Source: Phoronis australis
Taxonomy: Eukaryota; Animalia; Phoronida
Direction of reading: 5' to 3'
Length of the DNA stretch: 46,359 nt
Assembly: GCA_002633005.1 (NCBI GenBank)
Contig: NMRA01001159.1
Location: forward strand, 1-46,359
Below are positions 26,101-39,806 of the stretch, piece after piece (the stretch's first letter is position 1; every line of letters begins with the position of its first letter). The position numbers were made by a program, and so were the translations under genes. The notes beneath the pieces are model-generated. The model was not told the origin of the DNA. It ran no database searches and saw nothing but the letters and a program-made list of their open reading frames with translations.

Positions 26101-26900
26101 AGGTCAAGATTCGTTTTATTGTGATCCAGTTCAGGGAAACTTTATTTTATCATGGATATTCTTTGAAGCGTTTTTTTGAAAAGGTGAGGTCTCGAAGTCC
26201 CTGGTGTGGTACGTTTGGGGCAATTTCAAAATGCGTAGTTGAAATACCACCGGTAGTCCAGTTTCTGGTGGCTGGGGGAAAAGGATAGTGTGTCCCAAAA
26301 CTGCGCACACTTCCTGAATGCCTGGAGTTCAAATTCAGTTCCCGTGGATTATGCGCCGGACAACTGCATGGTGAGATATTATTTTTAACGGTGGTACGTC
26401 AGTCATGATGTGCAATCAAATAACGACAAGCAATCAATTCAGTTTTGAATAGCAAAATTCACTGCTGAATACTACTGGAAACCAAAAACACCAAGGAAGT
26501 GCAAACAAACTTTCCAAGCAGCGAGTTTAGTTTTATTTACTTAAAGATTTTTAAAACATTTTTCTATCTACGGTTTGTGCGTCCGAATTTCATCAATGTG
26601 TTTGAGAGTTATTTTAGATATGCAAAAATCTTTAGAATCTATAATTGTGCTTTATTATCGGATTTTAGAGTTTTTCCAAATTCTGGCTGCAATTAATTTC
26701 AATGAAACATCGTCAAAACTTACGAGATAAGCTTCTAATTATAAAAAAAAATCATTCAGAAATTTATTGAGTTTTGTACCTACATAAACAACTAAATCAG
26801 CAACAAACGAATTTGTTTATCAAAACGGAATGTTATCAGCAATTTCCGCATGTATGCTTGCAGACTTTTGACGGGCAACAGGGGGGATATGGGAGATGGA
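23147..26900. repeat. Decayed foldback / inverted duplication
   Basis: 23147-24130 is the reverse complement of about 9050-9975. 24310-25310 is the interrupted reverse complement of about 25885-26670. Spacer about 25310-25885. Confidence 0.7.
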
Positions 26901-28036
26901 GCAAGCGACGAAGAGTCCTCGTCTTTAAAAAAATAACGTTTCTGAGGGCAGTTATCACGTGCACATGTGGTATCTAAGGACTTGTTGACAATTCTGTCCC
27001 ATGTGTTTTTATAACTGAACAAGAAATCCACGAAAACAATCCCCACACCACTTTAGCAGATTTTGCGGTTATACTGATTAATTTTGTATCTTTCAGATAT
27101 TTGACATTAACCATCACATCCGTCTATGATTTTAAATACACACTTTTCACCATTTAAAAAAATCTGTGCGAGTTTATGTTAACAGGTATTACTGTTTCCG
27201 GGCGTAATATTTGCAAACGTTTTCATTCCAAACACGGTTTATGGAGAAACGTATATTTTCCGGGATATACTTTTGACAAAAAAATTCCTAAGTGGAGCAT
27301 GTTAAAACTTATATATTCAATATTTTAACGCAAAAACTTAACTTTGTCATCACATCGATTGGTTTATATCATTACAAAGAACGTTAGCTGTAACCTGCCA
27401 TTGAGTTGAATCTGGTTAATTGTGGATGGGTTTTTTAATTTCGTCAAAACTTGTTGCACTCTTAAATTGTTCGAATTCGTTTTGCCTTCATTTTAAGAGA
27501 ATATGCCTTGAATGTTATGTTAGGTATACTCATGTAGATATAATACTCCGTCATGGCTACAGAACGGTTACCAAAGTGATAATAAAGGATGATTTAAAAG
27601 TCAAAAACTGCACCCGCTACAGGTATGCAGAAGACCAGTAAATCGCAACCGGGGCTAAACTTTTTAATCCTGATGCCCTAACGGTCCTGCCACCTATAGG
27701 GAACTCTGATAACAAGACTGCCTTAATTCCTGTGAATCTCTAGGCATGAACACCAGTGGACGAAAGATATTGGAAATTGAAACTGTCAGATCGCGAATGC
27801 TTCAAACTGGAACCCTATTATTGAAGACAACGTCACTAACACATCCGTAGTTTCAGTTGCTAGAACATCTTTCGAAATCCTTAGTGGACATATTCTATTG
27901 CCAACTATATTTTGAATATTAAAGCGAAGACACAAACCTCGATTCAGCAAATAAATACATTATAAAGATAAAACAAAAAACAAATAATCAGTAGATTTTT
28001 CAACAATTAACAACAATTTCACGGTGTGGGGACCTG

Positions 28037-28574
28037 TGCCCGGTTGCATGAAACAGTCCCTAAATGTTAGAGATGTCCCTAGGTCTTAGGGACGTCCCTA
28101 AATTTTAGGGACTGTTGCATGAAAAGCTCCCAGTTAGTTTAGGCATTAAATAGGGACTCAAATTTTGGGGTTACCTAAAGTAAGTCCCTAAGTTGAGTCC
28201 CTAGCAATAAAATTGCTGACCAAGCTCATATTGCTGTTGAAAAAAATTCCGTGACAGAACTTAACCCGCTCGAGACGTACAGTGACAGTGAGCTAAACGA
28301 AAGATTTAGATGTTTAAGGGGTGGGATTTTCATGATAGTTTAAGAGCTTGGAGGTGTCGAATAGGGAAGGCTTGATCTTACCCACTATACTGGTTAGTAC
28401 TTCCATCGTAAGCTGAATTCATCGATTACTGTAGACTAAAGCCAGGCACGACTTACTCCACGTCTCGCTGAAGACGCTGGAAAGTCCTTAAACAAAATCC
28501 TTATAGGGACTTCCTTAACTAGATTGGCAACTTGGTTAAGTCCCTAGTTAGGGACTGTTTCATGCAACCGAGCA
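28037..28574 (+). mobile_element. PIF/Harbinger non-autonomous element (538 bp)
   Basis: 27-bp TIRs TGCCCGGTTGCATGAAACAGTCCCTAA / TTAGGGACTGTTTCATGCAACCGAGCA; 3-bp target duplication CTG; empty site ACCTGTAC at about 11257. Internal FRDRT/NPLETYSDSELNERFR resembles the Harbinger transposase N-terminus. Confidence 0.85.
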
Positions 28575-30419
28575 CTGTACTACGTGTTTGGACTGGTCAT
28601 GAGGACTACGGCGTCCTCATTAGCAATTTGATGTAGGAATACAGCACCAGTCGAACAAGACTGTTATTAAAATGTAGAAATCGGTCTCATATGTAATTAA
28701 AACAGTTTGGTCCAGTAGTTTAGGAGTGGTGGCAAGGTCTGAAATCTTCTCATGTTAGGGTGACCAGGAATGACGGCGTAGTGCGACAAGGTGGCCGTGG
28801 TTCAAGGATCATTACCAGCAATATTGAAACCAAAAACTGCACATGCGCACAAATCATTCACCCCCCTCCAGGATACACGGGGTTCGCAGAAAACACAGCG
28901 TTGGGGGTCCTTTTGATGAACCAATCACGTTTGCCGAAAGCATATAACATAGATAAGTAAATTGTTGAAAACATCAACAAGTTTCAGTAAAATTGGATAG
29001 GTTTAACATGGCATGGTCAAAGTTTCGGCTTATTTTGCCGCTTCGATCAGTGAAATTGCCGCTGAAAACTCGAAAGTAGATGTGAGAAAACGATAATTTC
29101 AACCAAGCCTTTCATGTGCGGTTAGTTTCCGATAGACCCAGCAGATGTCAGTATAATCAAGATTGAAATGTAGGAGTTAGAACAAAATTAGACAATTGTA
29201 TATATCATGCGCTGGCCAAAAATTGCCAATTTTGGCCTTTTGATATCAGCTTAATTTATCATAGACTATCATCATTGGGTCTAGTTAATTCGAAGTTTTT
29301 GGCTAAATCACTCATAATGTTCACACCAGTATACTAAAGTAATAAACCATTGCTTAATATATAAAAGTTTGATTGCAATACTCATAGCAGGGCGTGCAGC
29401 AATAGTTAGCCGTTGACCGGCCTGATGGGAGCTAAAATTACTGGCACATCGGTAAAGGTTTCTTATAAACTTATAAATTACATCGTTAATTTTATACATT
29501 TCATGCTGTAAGTAATATATTATGCGTGCCCTGAAGAAGTTTCATCTGCAGATATGCTTGATTAACAGATATAGGGGAAGAGTGAATAAGGCAGTCAGAC
29601 AAACGACTGTAGCAACTCGCCAGTGAGTTGGTTAAGAATTAGTCAAATTTTAATCCGAATAGACCGTTTAACTTTATAATTACCAATTGTTCTCGAGAAG
29701 TATTGTGGGATAGGTGACTTGAGAAAGATTGAGTGTCTTTGCAAATGGTGTACTAAAGTAAGAACACAAATAAGAAGCTGCGGCAGGCGATTGTCATTAA
29801 CTATTTTGGACAGAGAGAAATCGGTGTAAAAACATTTTACATTTTTTCCAATCAACCGATTTTCAGGGCTGTTTCCTTGTATTGGCACAGGTCACTTCGC
29901 TGAAGTAATTGGCCACGATCAAGTTCTAACATTGCACGAACTAGGCTGTTTGGAATGTTCCAGAGTAAAAGTAAATATGCGCATCTCAACTCTGTTTTGG
30001 AGGAGGGCTGTGAAACCCGATCAAGCAAAAGATAACTTTACGAGAAAAAAAATTTTGATCACAAGGGTCCATGTATGAAGAACTCAAAAGTAAAATAAGA
30101 TGGCTATGATGACAGGTCTAGCACGAAAATACAGAAATAATGTGACATCACGCAATGCATGATAAATGCTTTGCAAACAATAAGGAAATCAGACATCTGA
30201 GTCAAGTTCGATAGGATAATAGCAGCTTTCTTACTGTTTTTAGATGTGTTAGAATTGTTACCTTCGAAAACACCGTAGCAGTGAGGTACGTAAACGACAT
30301 TGTAAAGTTTTAAATGGATTATATTCAAACATTCTACGAGAAAGTTTTGATATTCGTATCAGAGTTAAAGTATATTGGAATGAAATCTGGCGTAGATCCA
30401 TTAGAATCGAAATTAAACT

Positions 30420-30850
30420 TTGCCGATCCAAACCATAAGCCATTTCCTACTCCTGGAATTGTACATTGATCTTGCTGATTTCGTTCCCAAAGCCAGTGTG
30501 TATCAGTTGAGCTTTGACGTGGAGAAGAAAAATTTCGAGAAAACTAAAACTGGTGGTGACACTGACCTCTTCGGCTACGAAGATGAACCAAATTTGAAAG
30601 ACGGAAAGCAAGACCTTGCACAGGAAAATGAAAATTTAGTGGAACTGAGAAATTTGTTACAACTGCAGTCCATTATGGGCAATTATTTTAACAAATACCA
30701 CCCCATCTGCGCTTGGAGTTGAAACAATGTATACAAAAACATATGGCAATTCGTCAATGAGATTGCAAGAGTTTGTCCCACTAACAATGGATGTGAACTG
30801 GCATTGTAGAAATTTATGAAGATGGGCCGTCCTACATGCCAAATGTTGAA
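30420..30850 (+). pseudogene. Probable MULE/Mutator transposase C-terminal remnant
   Basis: Motifs in the expected order: LADFVP..SV....F, LQSIMGNYF, AWS*NNVY, TNNGCE. Compare animal MULE ALAFVP..YF..WN.Y..RTNN..EGWH. Confidence 0.5.
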
Positions 30851-32169
30851 ATCAGCGCATTATGTTGAGGTCTGTTGTGAGTGGACTGTAGATATTTCCT
30901 CCAGTTGTAATTTTCTGAAGTTTAGCGTCGTGCAATTTACGTGGTTTAAGTATTAGAAACTGAAAAAATCTCAGTTGCTTTTGGGAGATATTGTTTGTGC
31001 AGTTAGTCGAACTCCAAGTTTTGGCCGGGAATCCGATTGCACAGTCACTTGAATTTTTTATCAGGTTAAAGTTATATACATTAATTATAGTACAATTTGC
31101 AGACACGTGTTTCAACTATACATGTACCTCTCTTGCTAGTTGTCTATGGTTGCATGGTAGTACTCAAACACACACAAAATAGCTAAACAAGAACAAATGT
31201 TAAAAGTGACACTTGAAGTTCATAGCTGTCTAAATAGTCAGTGATACACCTACTGTACCTCTTGGGCATACACTGTAGTCAGTATAAGGACCCTATTAAT
31301 ACAATGAAGGTCACATTCAACGTTTACTCTTCCACTGAGTACATACCGACAGTTTCATGACAAAAAGTCACATGAAACGGGGTAATCGATCTCGTAAAAT
31401 ACCCCTTTCGGGGAATTTTTGCCGATATTGGTCATGACGACGCCGTACCCTTCATGAAAATCCAAACACGGAATACATGTACAAGCACCGTGGACTTGCA
31501 GCTGTTAGAAATGAATTAGTCAAGTTAAGCATGACAAAAATATTAAATCTTTTTGTAAACACAAGTATATGTAAGGTTTTCACAACGTAATGGAATATTT
31601 ATAAAGAATACTCGAGCAACGAACAAAATAAACTTCTATCTTATTATGTGTTCTTTTCCCGGATAACTTCACAAATTTAACAATACCCGAATACCCACGT
31701 TTGTTTGCAAGCAATTCAGATCAACTGCAAAATTTCCAAGAGTCCCTTGTACATGTACATGTCAGACATTTACTAGAAAAACTAATGCAAATAAATGTGA
31801 CTATATCACAAATAACATAACCATAAAGGATATGTCTGTGCGGACCTCCCGTTCATTCAACAGACTCTTACTAAAAGGAACTTACCCTACTATACGAAAG
31901 CTGGAATTTATTTTAATACCAACACGGAAAAATCAGAATCACTGCAGCCCTTTAACAATTCATAATTGTTTCCTTCAATTGCCATTGAAGAAAATATACA
32001 ACAACCACACTATCAATAACTTTTGAGTTACCAGCTTCACTTTGGCTTGATGAGTGAAAAGATTACCGTATCTCACCGGAACAAAAATGTTTAATTAAGA
32101 AATCCAATAATAATATGAAAAATTGGTTTAATGTTAGGTAAATGATCAGCGTTAGGCACGGTTGCAATA

Positions 32170-32390
32170 GGGTTCCACTTCTACAAAATTGTCTCTTGTG
32201 GTATATCGGACACTCTGCACACACTCTTCACTTCAGTTACGTGTGTGTATTCAATCCGGTAGTACGACTGGGATGTTTTTTCAAAAGTTTCAATCACCGG
32301 CTTTGTTAACATAGGGATACCGCGAGCTGGTGTCCTGAGAGGTTTATTCTGGTCTACATCAATGACTTCCCCTCAGACCTCTACATCAAC
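32170..32390 (+). mobile_element. Decayed LINE (CR1/L2-group) reverse transcriptase fragment
   Basis: Frameshifted GISDTL...VNIGIPRAGVL...VYINDFP corresponds to GVPQGSVLGPLLFLxYINDLP. Confidence 0.55.
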
Positions 32391-32719
32391 GATTTTATTC
32401 TCATTTCGAACACATCCGAAAAGCCTCTCTATTTAGCTTCAATTGAATCTTCGTGCAGGGCTCCAGAAGTCACGTGAACTTCACGACTGAGATAGACTGT
32501 CGATTCTGAGTTTACTAGATGTCTCAATTACAGACTGACCCAATTTTTATAGATGGTGTAGTTATTCCCCACAAACAGTTTTAAAGACATATAGGCATCG
32601 TAGTAGATGATAGAATTTCCGGTATATTTGAAACACACTGACTAGCCCATGGGCAAAAAAGCAATGTATAATCAACCTATTGATACATGTGTTGCATATT
32701 TAGTGCATGTTTTGAATAG

Positions 32720-33613
32720 TATAACAGGTGATATATTAGTCGTAGTTGGAATAGATGATCATTTTAAAGAACAAGGTTACGTCACTCTCGTAGTATGTTT
32801 GGTAATGTTAATCGGTAAATGAAACAACAAGAATGGATCAACGTTAATAATTCTCAGAGCGAGGACATGCATGTTCTTTAAAAATATGAACACATTTATC
32901 AAAGTCCAGGCGAGTGGTTTTAGCTCAAACAAGCTACAGTAAATAATTGTTATTGACAATAGCGTGACTGTATTTACACTTAATGAATCATCTTTAAGAG
33001 ATCAATTTGATGAGAGTTTAAGTTTTAATTAAAGTTTCCTTTTTTAGCCAGCAAAACGGGACGAAATGTAGTTTGCCAAAAAATAATTTTTGACATAAAA
33101 TACGATATAATAGACAGCAATGTTGAAGAAAATGAGCTCTGTACTAAAGCAGGGAATATATGGGCAAAACCTACGGGGTAGCCTGGTTTTATTAGTCTAT
33201 CTAACCGAATACCTGCTGGGCGTATCAATTGCAAACAAAGGTGAAACTAACTTATAATTCCACGTAGTCGAAATGGATTTCTAACATATTTGGGTAATTA
33301 TCAAACAGCAATAGAATTACGACAGAACATCAATACATGATTAAAATGATATTGGAATAGGCTATTATTAAAATGCGACTGATGTATAAAGTAGTTTAAG
33401 GAAAATTCGATTTGGCAATCCTAAGTATATGCTGTGTTACTGGTTAGGAACAAATGCACAAAGAAGACAATCAACTTGTCAATGACATTGAACAAAATGC
33501 TAACAGGCAAAACGTCCTGGAAAAGGACAAACTCTTCTCTACAAATTAAACATATTTTACCAAAACCATTCATCGTATCAATATCGATTTTCAGAAAAGC
33601 CAATCAATCACGT
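32720..33613. repeat. Orphan diverged copy of the intron segment upstream of the type II ankyrin exon; no exon beside it
   Basis: Aligns to 13230-14085, 14950-15805 and 1440-1985. Confidence 0.8.
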
Positions 33614-34059
33614 GTCGTTTTCTGCACACCTGATATGTACTCTGAACCACTAATTTATTGAAACCTGCACAGAGCGGGTATTATTGTGAAGCTGTTTATT
33701 TCATGGAGAACTGATCATTTAAAACAGTACAAGCCACACAATTTTTGTTGTGAAATTTGCACTGAATTGTTTTTTCGGATCAAAAAACTTTTGTCTGATA
33801 ACTGATTACTTCATCTGTTTAATAAGTGATAAGATTTCTGCCCGCAAATTGATATAAACATGATATGCAGGCAGAATCGAAACGTCATTGAGCTAGGAAA
33901 TCCTTTCGCAAATTGTTTCTTCGACAGGATTTTGTCAGTCGTTCGAATTGAGAAAATTAGAAGCAAATAAATGGAGGATGTTTGCATTCAAAGTGATCTA
34001 TCTTTGCTTTTTAACGACTTTGAGGGCAGCCAAACAGCATGTCAATAAGTTCATGCACA

Positions 34060-34890
34060 AAGAAATCTCTTATACATAAAGACCGTCAACAATGAAAAGT
34101 GTCGTGTGTTCAATTCTGTATATCTTATACAATACGGGGCATTCTGCACACACTCCTCACTCAATCTACTGTACCTATCCAATCGGATATTACCACTAAA
34201 CGGGGTGTTTTTAATACCTTCACCCAAGGCTTTATCAATGTTGGGGGAACCGTATACAAGTGTCGCGAGGCGCCTGATTATAATGTTCTGCACCAATGAT
34301 TTTTTTAGAAATCAGCTCCGAAACCTTTATTGATGTCAATGATGCAGACCTATGTCAAAAACAATTAAGAACCTTCATTCAACTAAAACTTTATTCATAC
34401 AATCTTGGTTCAGGACTCCTAGGTGGCGTATTAACTTCAAGGCTGACGGCAAGCGTTCATCTTAAGTTTACTAGACCCCCCACTTGCACACCCACTCAGT
34501 CTTTATCTAAAAGTTGATGGTGAAATTAATCCACTTCAAAAAAAAATCGCGCAGACATCTGGGCATTACAGTTTATGATGACCTGACGTTTGAATCACAC
34601 TGTCGAGCCTGTAGGCAAATACCAAGGGCGGCGCACCATAGGGGGCTAGTGGGGGGACTATAGCCTCCCACTTTTTCAGTGCTAAGCCAAACATGGTCTA
34701 TAGGAGATGCACCACAGGGGGATGAGAGACTTAAGCCCCCACTTTTTTCAGTGCGCGCCGTTCATGATTCATTCGCAAATGCTAATCAACCTATTGGAAT
34801 TTTTATTCGTACATTTAAGTACCTCTCATCAAAGAAATTACTCTGAAAATATTAAGGTCGGTAAACTTATCTAGAATGGATCTGTCTATA
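34060..34890 (+). mobile_element. Decayed LINE (CR1/L2-group) RT fragment interrupted by a small GC-rich repeat (about 34625-34762)
   Basis: 5' part is similar to 32190-32380. HLGITVYDDLTFESH and ANANQPIGIFIRTFKYL match the CR1 post-RT region. Confidence 0.55.
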
Positions 34891-37800
34891 CCTGTATGTA
34901 TCTAAATGTTTGCACTGGCTGTTTGTTTGTTCCCTTAATAAGGTCCTCAGTGCGTTTCGAGGATATCAACGGCAAAATCAATAGTCATCTACGGCACATT
35001 GATGAACATCAACTTTAATAATTGGTTTTCATGACTTGCCGGATGAGGTCAGTAATGTGCACCTCAATGTAGTTGACAAAATTTATCCTAAGTAGCTTTT
35101 CTTAATGGAGAAATAAGTAAATCATAAAAGCTAATTATACCCCTACGTCACGATATGATAATATTTTGATAACCAAAATATGTGCGTTTATTGATATTAA
35201 CGGGAACTACAAACAACTACTTATGTATTTAAAATTTGCGTAGTAAACGTGTATACATTATTATTACTGTTTCCATTGTTGCTATGATATTTCATTTCTT
35301 CAATGTTTATTTGTTGGTCAGATATAATTTTTATTCGATTTCTGGTTTGCAATTTGATCAAACTTATGCTCTTCATCAGTGTTAATATAGATATATATGA
35401 TGCGTAAGAGGAGTCATGTAATGATATGTGGTGACAAATAATGTCCCTTGTAACGGGGTTATCACTTTTACTACATACAAACAATGAATGCAAAAAACCT
35501 CTTGAGTATTATCCTCGCAACAAAGTTTTGTCAATAATACATTGTACGGTTAGCCGACTGCTACTCGGACCGGCCTTTAACAAAAGTAAAAATAGACTTT
35601 TTAGGTTAACGACAAACACGACGAACAAAATTGCTAAAGAAATAGCTTCGACCGACAAAATGTAATAAAATATTATTCTTTAAAGCATCTCTTTGAATGC
35701 AAACAAGCTTAAGCACACATTTAAAACCTCACTCGTTGATAAAAATTTACCACCATGTAATTTGCAAAACTTTTGTAAGTTCAAATAACACTGATTTTTA
35801 GTACTTTGTTTAGAAAACTCTAAAAAAGCCTACAACGACGCGTCCAAACCATAATGTTCCCACTGTGATGGCCAGCAAGGTTGAACTCCAAGCATATGCC
35901 GTTCAAAACGGCTGAGGGAAAATGCACTGCATTTTTGAAGAAATACCGTTAATGGGGTATTTTTAGTGGTACTGTACACCAAACCAAAAGTAACCTGATT
36001 AAACCTTAAATGGCACAATGACGCCATATATTTTTCTATCACCAACGACAAATTAACGCAGGTGAAATACTGGGGTCGACTGGTTATTTGACCATTACTT
36101 TTAAACAGAACCTTTGGTACCCTGGTCCGTTTTTGATTAATTACATCGGAATTAAACTCATGCAAAGGTAATACCAGGCACTCATTACCAATCTTAGTAT
36201 TAATGACTTCCTGGGAATACTTATTCTAAATTGGACCATAAGTTGGGAGAGGGAGATGTGTTTCTAAACCACTAGTCGCACTAAAACTGCATAGCGATTT
36301 GGGATCTGTTTGTTAGAAATCAGACGTTTAGAAATCTGAAAATAAAAATTTTAACGGAAAATTAATAGGTGTTTTTGGAAAGCTTTGGTTATCTTTTATA
36401 GGAGTACCTTTTAATTATGTTTTATCTTTGTTCGAGAGTAAGTTAACTTTCAACAAAAACACAGGATGCTATATGAATACGTGTACAGTTCGAACTTCTT
36501 TAAAACCTTATATTGAAGAAATTATTGCGTCTCTCATTGTCCACGCTCTCCGTCACGAAGTCAAGTGATAATAATGCGGATGCGTTCCAAAAATTCACAA
36601 CATCTTCACAAGACAAAACCTTTATTGATTTGACCAAGACGGTTTTACCGTGCCCTTCATAAAATTGGCAAAACTAACCTAACTATACACGGTGTACTTG
36701 TCTAATCTTATGATACATGTACATGTAGCTGGTTGTTCGGAAAAGTACTTGGTATTGTGTATACAAATTTGCTGACGAATATGTGACTGTACGACGGATG
36801 ATGACGGGATAGTTACAGCAAACTATCTCAAAGCATTGATATAGCTGAACTGGAAATCCTGGTGCCATACTTGTATATTTCACGACTAACAGTGGTAAGA
36901 CCGGAAATTTGATCATTCAAAAGTTTTAATGAAAACTACATACCTGTACATGTAACAAGACCAAATTCTTTACACAATAAACATGTCTGATAATAATTCT
37001 GTTCTGAAAAGTTGAACAAAAATCCTGAAGTAGGCATTTGTATTAGCCCTGAATAGAGTACTCTTAATAGACGGAAGGTATTCAACCAATGCATTATAAG
37101 ATCGTCTCATCTTTGCGCGGGATATGCTCGCTATAAAATTCATATTGGATCTTTAGCACAAATATCATTTGTTATAGTAACTGATGGTGTACAAAAGGAA
37201 CATTTAAGACTTCTTTTCCATGAGATCGCAAATTTCAAAAGTGATTAGATAGAGAAATGGAATTTTATGTTAATGCCCAACCATTTCAAGACACAGATGT
37301 GAAGGCCTCTTAGGTCAAAGTCAACAGCAAAGAACTGTGTTAGAATTTGAAAGTTTACGACGATCCCAACAGGCCACGAAATAATGAAATTGACTAACTG
37401 TACATGTGTATCTGAAATTACCATCGCTGATACATATCTATGATTATGTTTAATATACATTAGAATCATTTACTTTAAATGGTTGCACAAAAACGTTTCC
37501 GGTGTTCCTTTCAGTACAGCATGGTGTTCAAATATGCATACAGTTACATGTGTACTTACCGAACTGTCCACTCTTTTGTTGACGTCCCAACCACTTTCTA
37601 TAAAGCTCTTTATGGCATTAAAATCACCAGATTCGATGGCTTCTTTAACCTGAAAACAATGAAAAGTTAATATGGATTACACTCCCCACGTGCATATTTA
37701 CATGTACATGTACCAGCACTATCGTGTAAATGAATTGTTTCAGACGTTTCTCTACCCACAAAGTTTTTCAACGTCCCTGCTATCATCTTATAGGCTTATA

Positions 37801-38682
37801 AAAATAAAGGTGCAGATTCTTGAACAGTGACAAAGTTAGAACCAATATCAGGAAAACTACACGACATTGTGGCAACGGTCATGTTGTTACATCTTCTTTG
37901 ACTGCACAGTAAATTGAGTGTACAGAGCTCCTCCAGACTCTCCAACAATACTCCACTATTCTCAACGCTTACCCAGAATTCCCTAAAGTTTTTTAGCTCA
38001 ATAAGCGTACACAACGTTGATCCACTAACAATATGGCTCTATTCGAAAAATTGTTAAATTTCAAAATCATGAGGGAATCATTTGTTTATGTAAACTGACA
38101 TACACATGTAGCTTGACAAAATGCCTAAATTGTACACCTTAAGTTAAAATCCTTAACAACGTTTAAAATTACTTGTTAACGGTGTACAACACATACAAAT
38201 TCTTGTTTCACTACCGATATCTAATGTATGTGTAAATGTATGCATTCATCTGCATATATTATAATATCTGTAATATATTTGATACTCAGATTCAATACAT
38301 TCTACAGCTAACATGGCTTGAATCCTTATTGGTGTACATTGTTGTATTCGTAATAAAGAGTGAAAGATCAATTTGAATAAGGAGTCCTTTTACAAGGAAA
38401 TGTCCCCTAGATCAAGTAGGTTTATTTCATGTAACAGGCCTCTGGCCAACATTACAGATATATAATACATAGAGGATAGAATTTTTCAAATCTAAAATTA
38501 ATTCATATCAAGGAACTCATTTCTTCGTTTCTCTGCATTATTTATAAAAAAATAATGCAGGCGGTGTGTGCAAGCCGTGCATGTGAGCTCATTGCAATAA
38601 ACGCATGCAACTGTTTTTATGCTTAATTAATATTTAGCTAAAACCGAGCTGGGGAGCTTGAAAACTGATTCGAGAGTTTTGC

Positions 38683-38760
38683 CATGTGACCCGGTGGTGT
38701 GTGAACCCATGACCTCGAGTAAAAGAACTGGCACCTATTACACTAGGTCACACGGCCTCG
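38683..38760 (-). mobile_element. tRNA-derived SINE head (decayed)
   Basis: Minus strand GGCCGTG-TGACCTAGTGT (A-box-like) ... GGGTTCACACACC (B-box-like) at tRNA-like spacing; no intact cloverleaf seen. Confidence 0.4.
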
Positions 38761-38849
38761 TCATCTGGATTAATTAAGTATCCAGCAACATTTCTCAGGA
38801 CAGCTAAATCATGAGTCTGTAAAAAATTGTGAACACTATCTTGTCCACC

Positions 38850-39600
38850 TTATCGTATCTTGGTAAGAACATCACACTTCAGAGCGTAAATTACATTCAA
38901 GAAAAAAGGTGTCACAGTTATTCTCTCCTCTCCATCAAGTCCAATAAACTTTCCCAGAAGCATGATTAAAGAATGCGGCGAGCATCTGAATCTTGCGAAG
39001 GCACTCTGTAAAAACTATTTTCTAGACATGTTATGAATTTCCTCCCACAAAATTACATTTTACTATTTTATAAGTATCTAACGGGTGAGAAAATAGTATT
39101 GTCTCTCCAATCGTGGAAGTCAATATCAAAGCATCGTTGTTGAAGTTCACTTATAAATGAGGCAGCATCGCTTACACTTTATTGTATTCAAACAACTCCA
39201 AAACCATGAGCAAATAACAATTGTTTAACATTTAGAGCCAACCAATACATATTTTGCTCAGCTATTTCATATTGCTCAATATAGCGCACAATAACATAAC
39301 GATGGCTTCGCAATTTGATAATCTTTAGCCAGTGTTTAACTATTCTCAATAATATATGCACCCTCATTGTCACTCTACCAAGCTCTCCCCTCACTGCAGC
39401 GTTTGAGACATGCTGTCCAAGTCCAGACAAATATTTACGAAAAAAATGTCCACGATTCCAATATCTTGTGCACTCTCTAGATCATATGAACATTCCGGAG
39501 AGTCGAGGTAAAGGTTGTACGAGAACTGGTCGCGTAAAGACCGGAAGATCCATTGTTCACTTTGTTTTTTCTGATAATAAAAATAATGGCCAGCATTAAT
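38850..39600 (-). mobile_element. Decayed LINE ORF2 C-terminal region (RTEX-like, tentative)
   Basis: SNAAVRGELGR...RIVKHWLKI...W.LNVKQLLFAHGFGVV, followed by FARFRCSPHSL, typical of a non-LTR post-RT region. Confidence 0.65.
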
Positions 39601-39689
39601 CGGTAACAGTGTGATGTGCACTCAAGGTGAGATTCTGATCCGAGCGACCTCGTTTGTTATATCCAACAAAAACCCAACAAAGGAAAGCA

Positions 39690-39806
39690 ATGGTAGTGCC
39701 CCATAGATGAAAACCATGCGAAGCGCTTATGCCCGTTGCATGGATCGTGCAATTTAAACAATGGGATGGTAGTGCCCCATAGATTAAAACCATGCGAAGC
39801 CGCTTG
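39690..39806. repeat. Two ~40-bp direct repeats (ATGGTAGTGCCCCATAGAT.AAAACCATGCGAAGC), period ~77 bp
   Basis: Seen directly at about 39690 and 39767. Confidence 0.8.

Larger units (their letters stand above)
12449..30270. repeat. Segmental duplication, copy 2, expanded by insertions and inversions
   Basis: Starts with ATGTAATATATAATGGAGATG (matches 671). Ends with AGATGTGTTAGAATTGTTACCTTC (matches about 12418-12441). Confidence 0.85.

Noticed and set aside
38683-38760. Functional tRNA gene
   Set aside because: The B box is degenerate and I could not build a full cloverleaf; treated as a SINE head.
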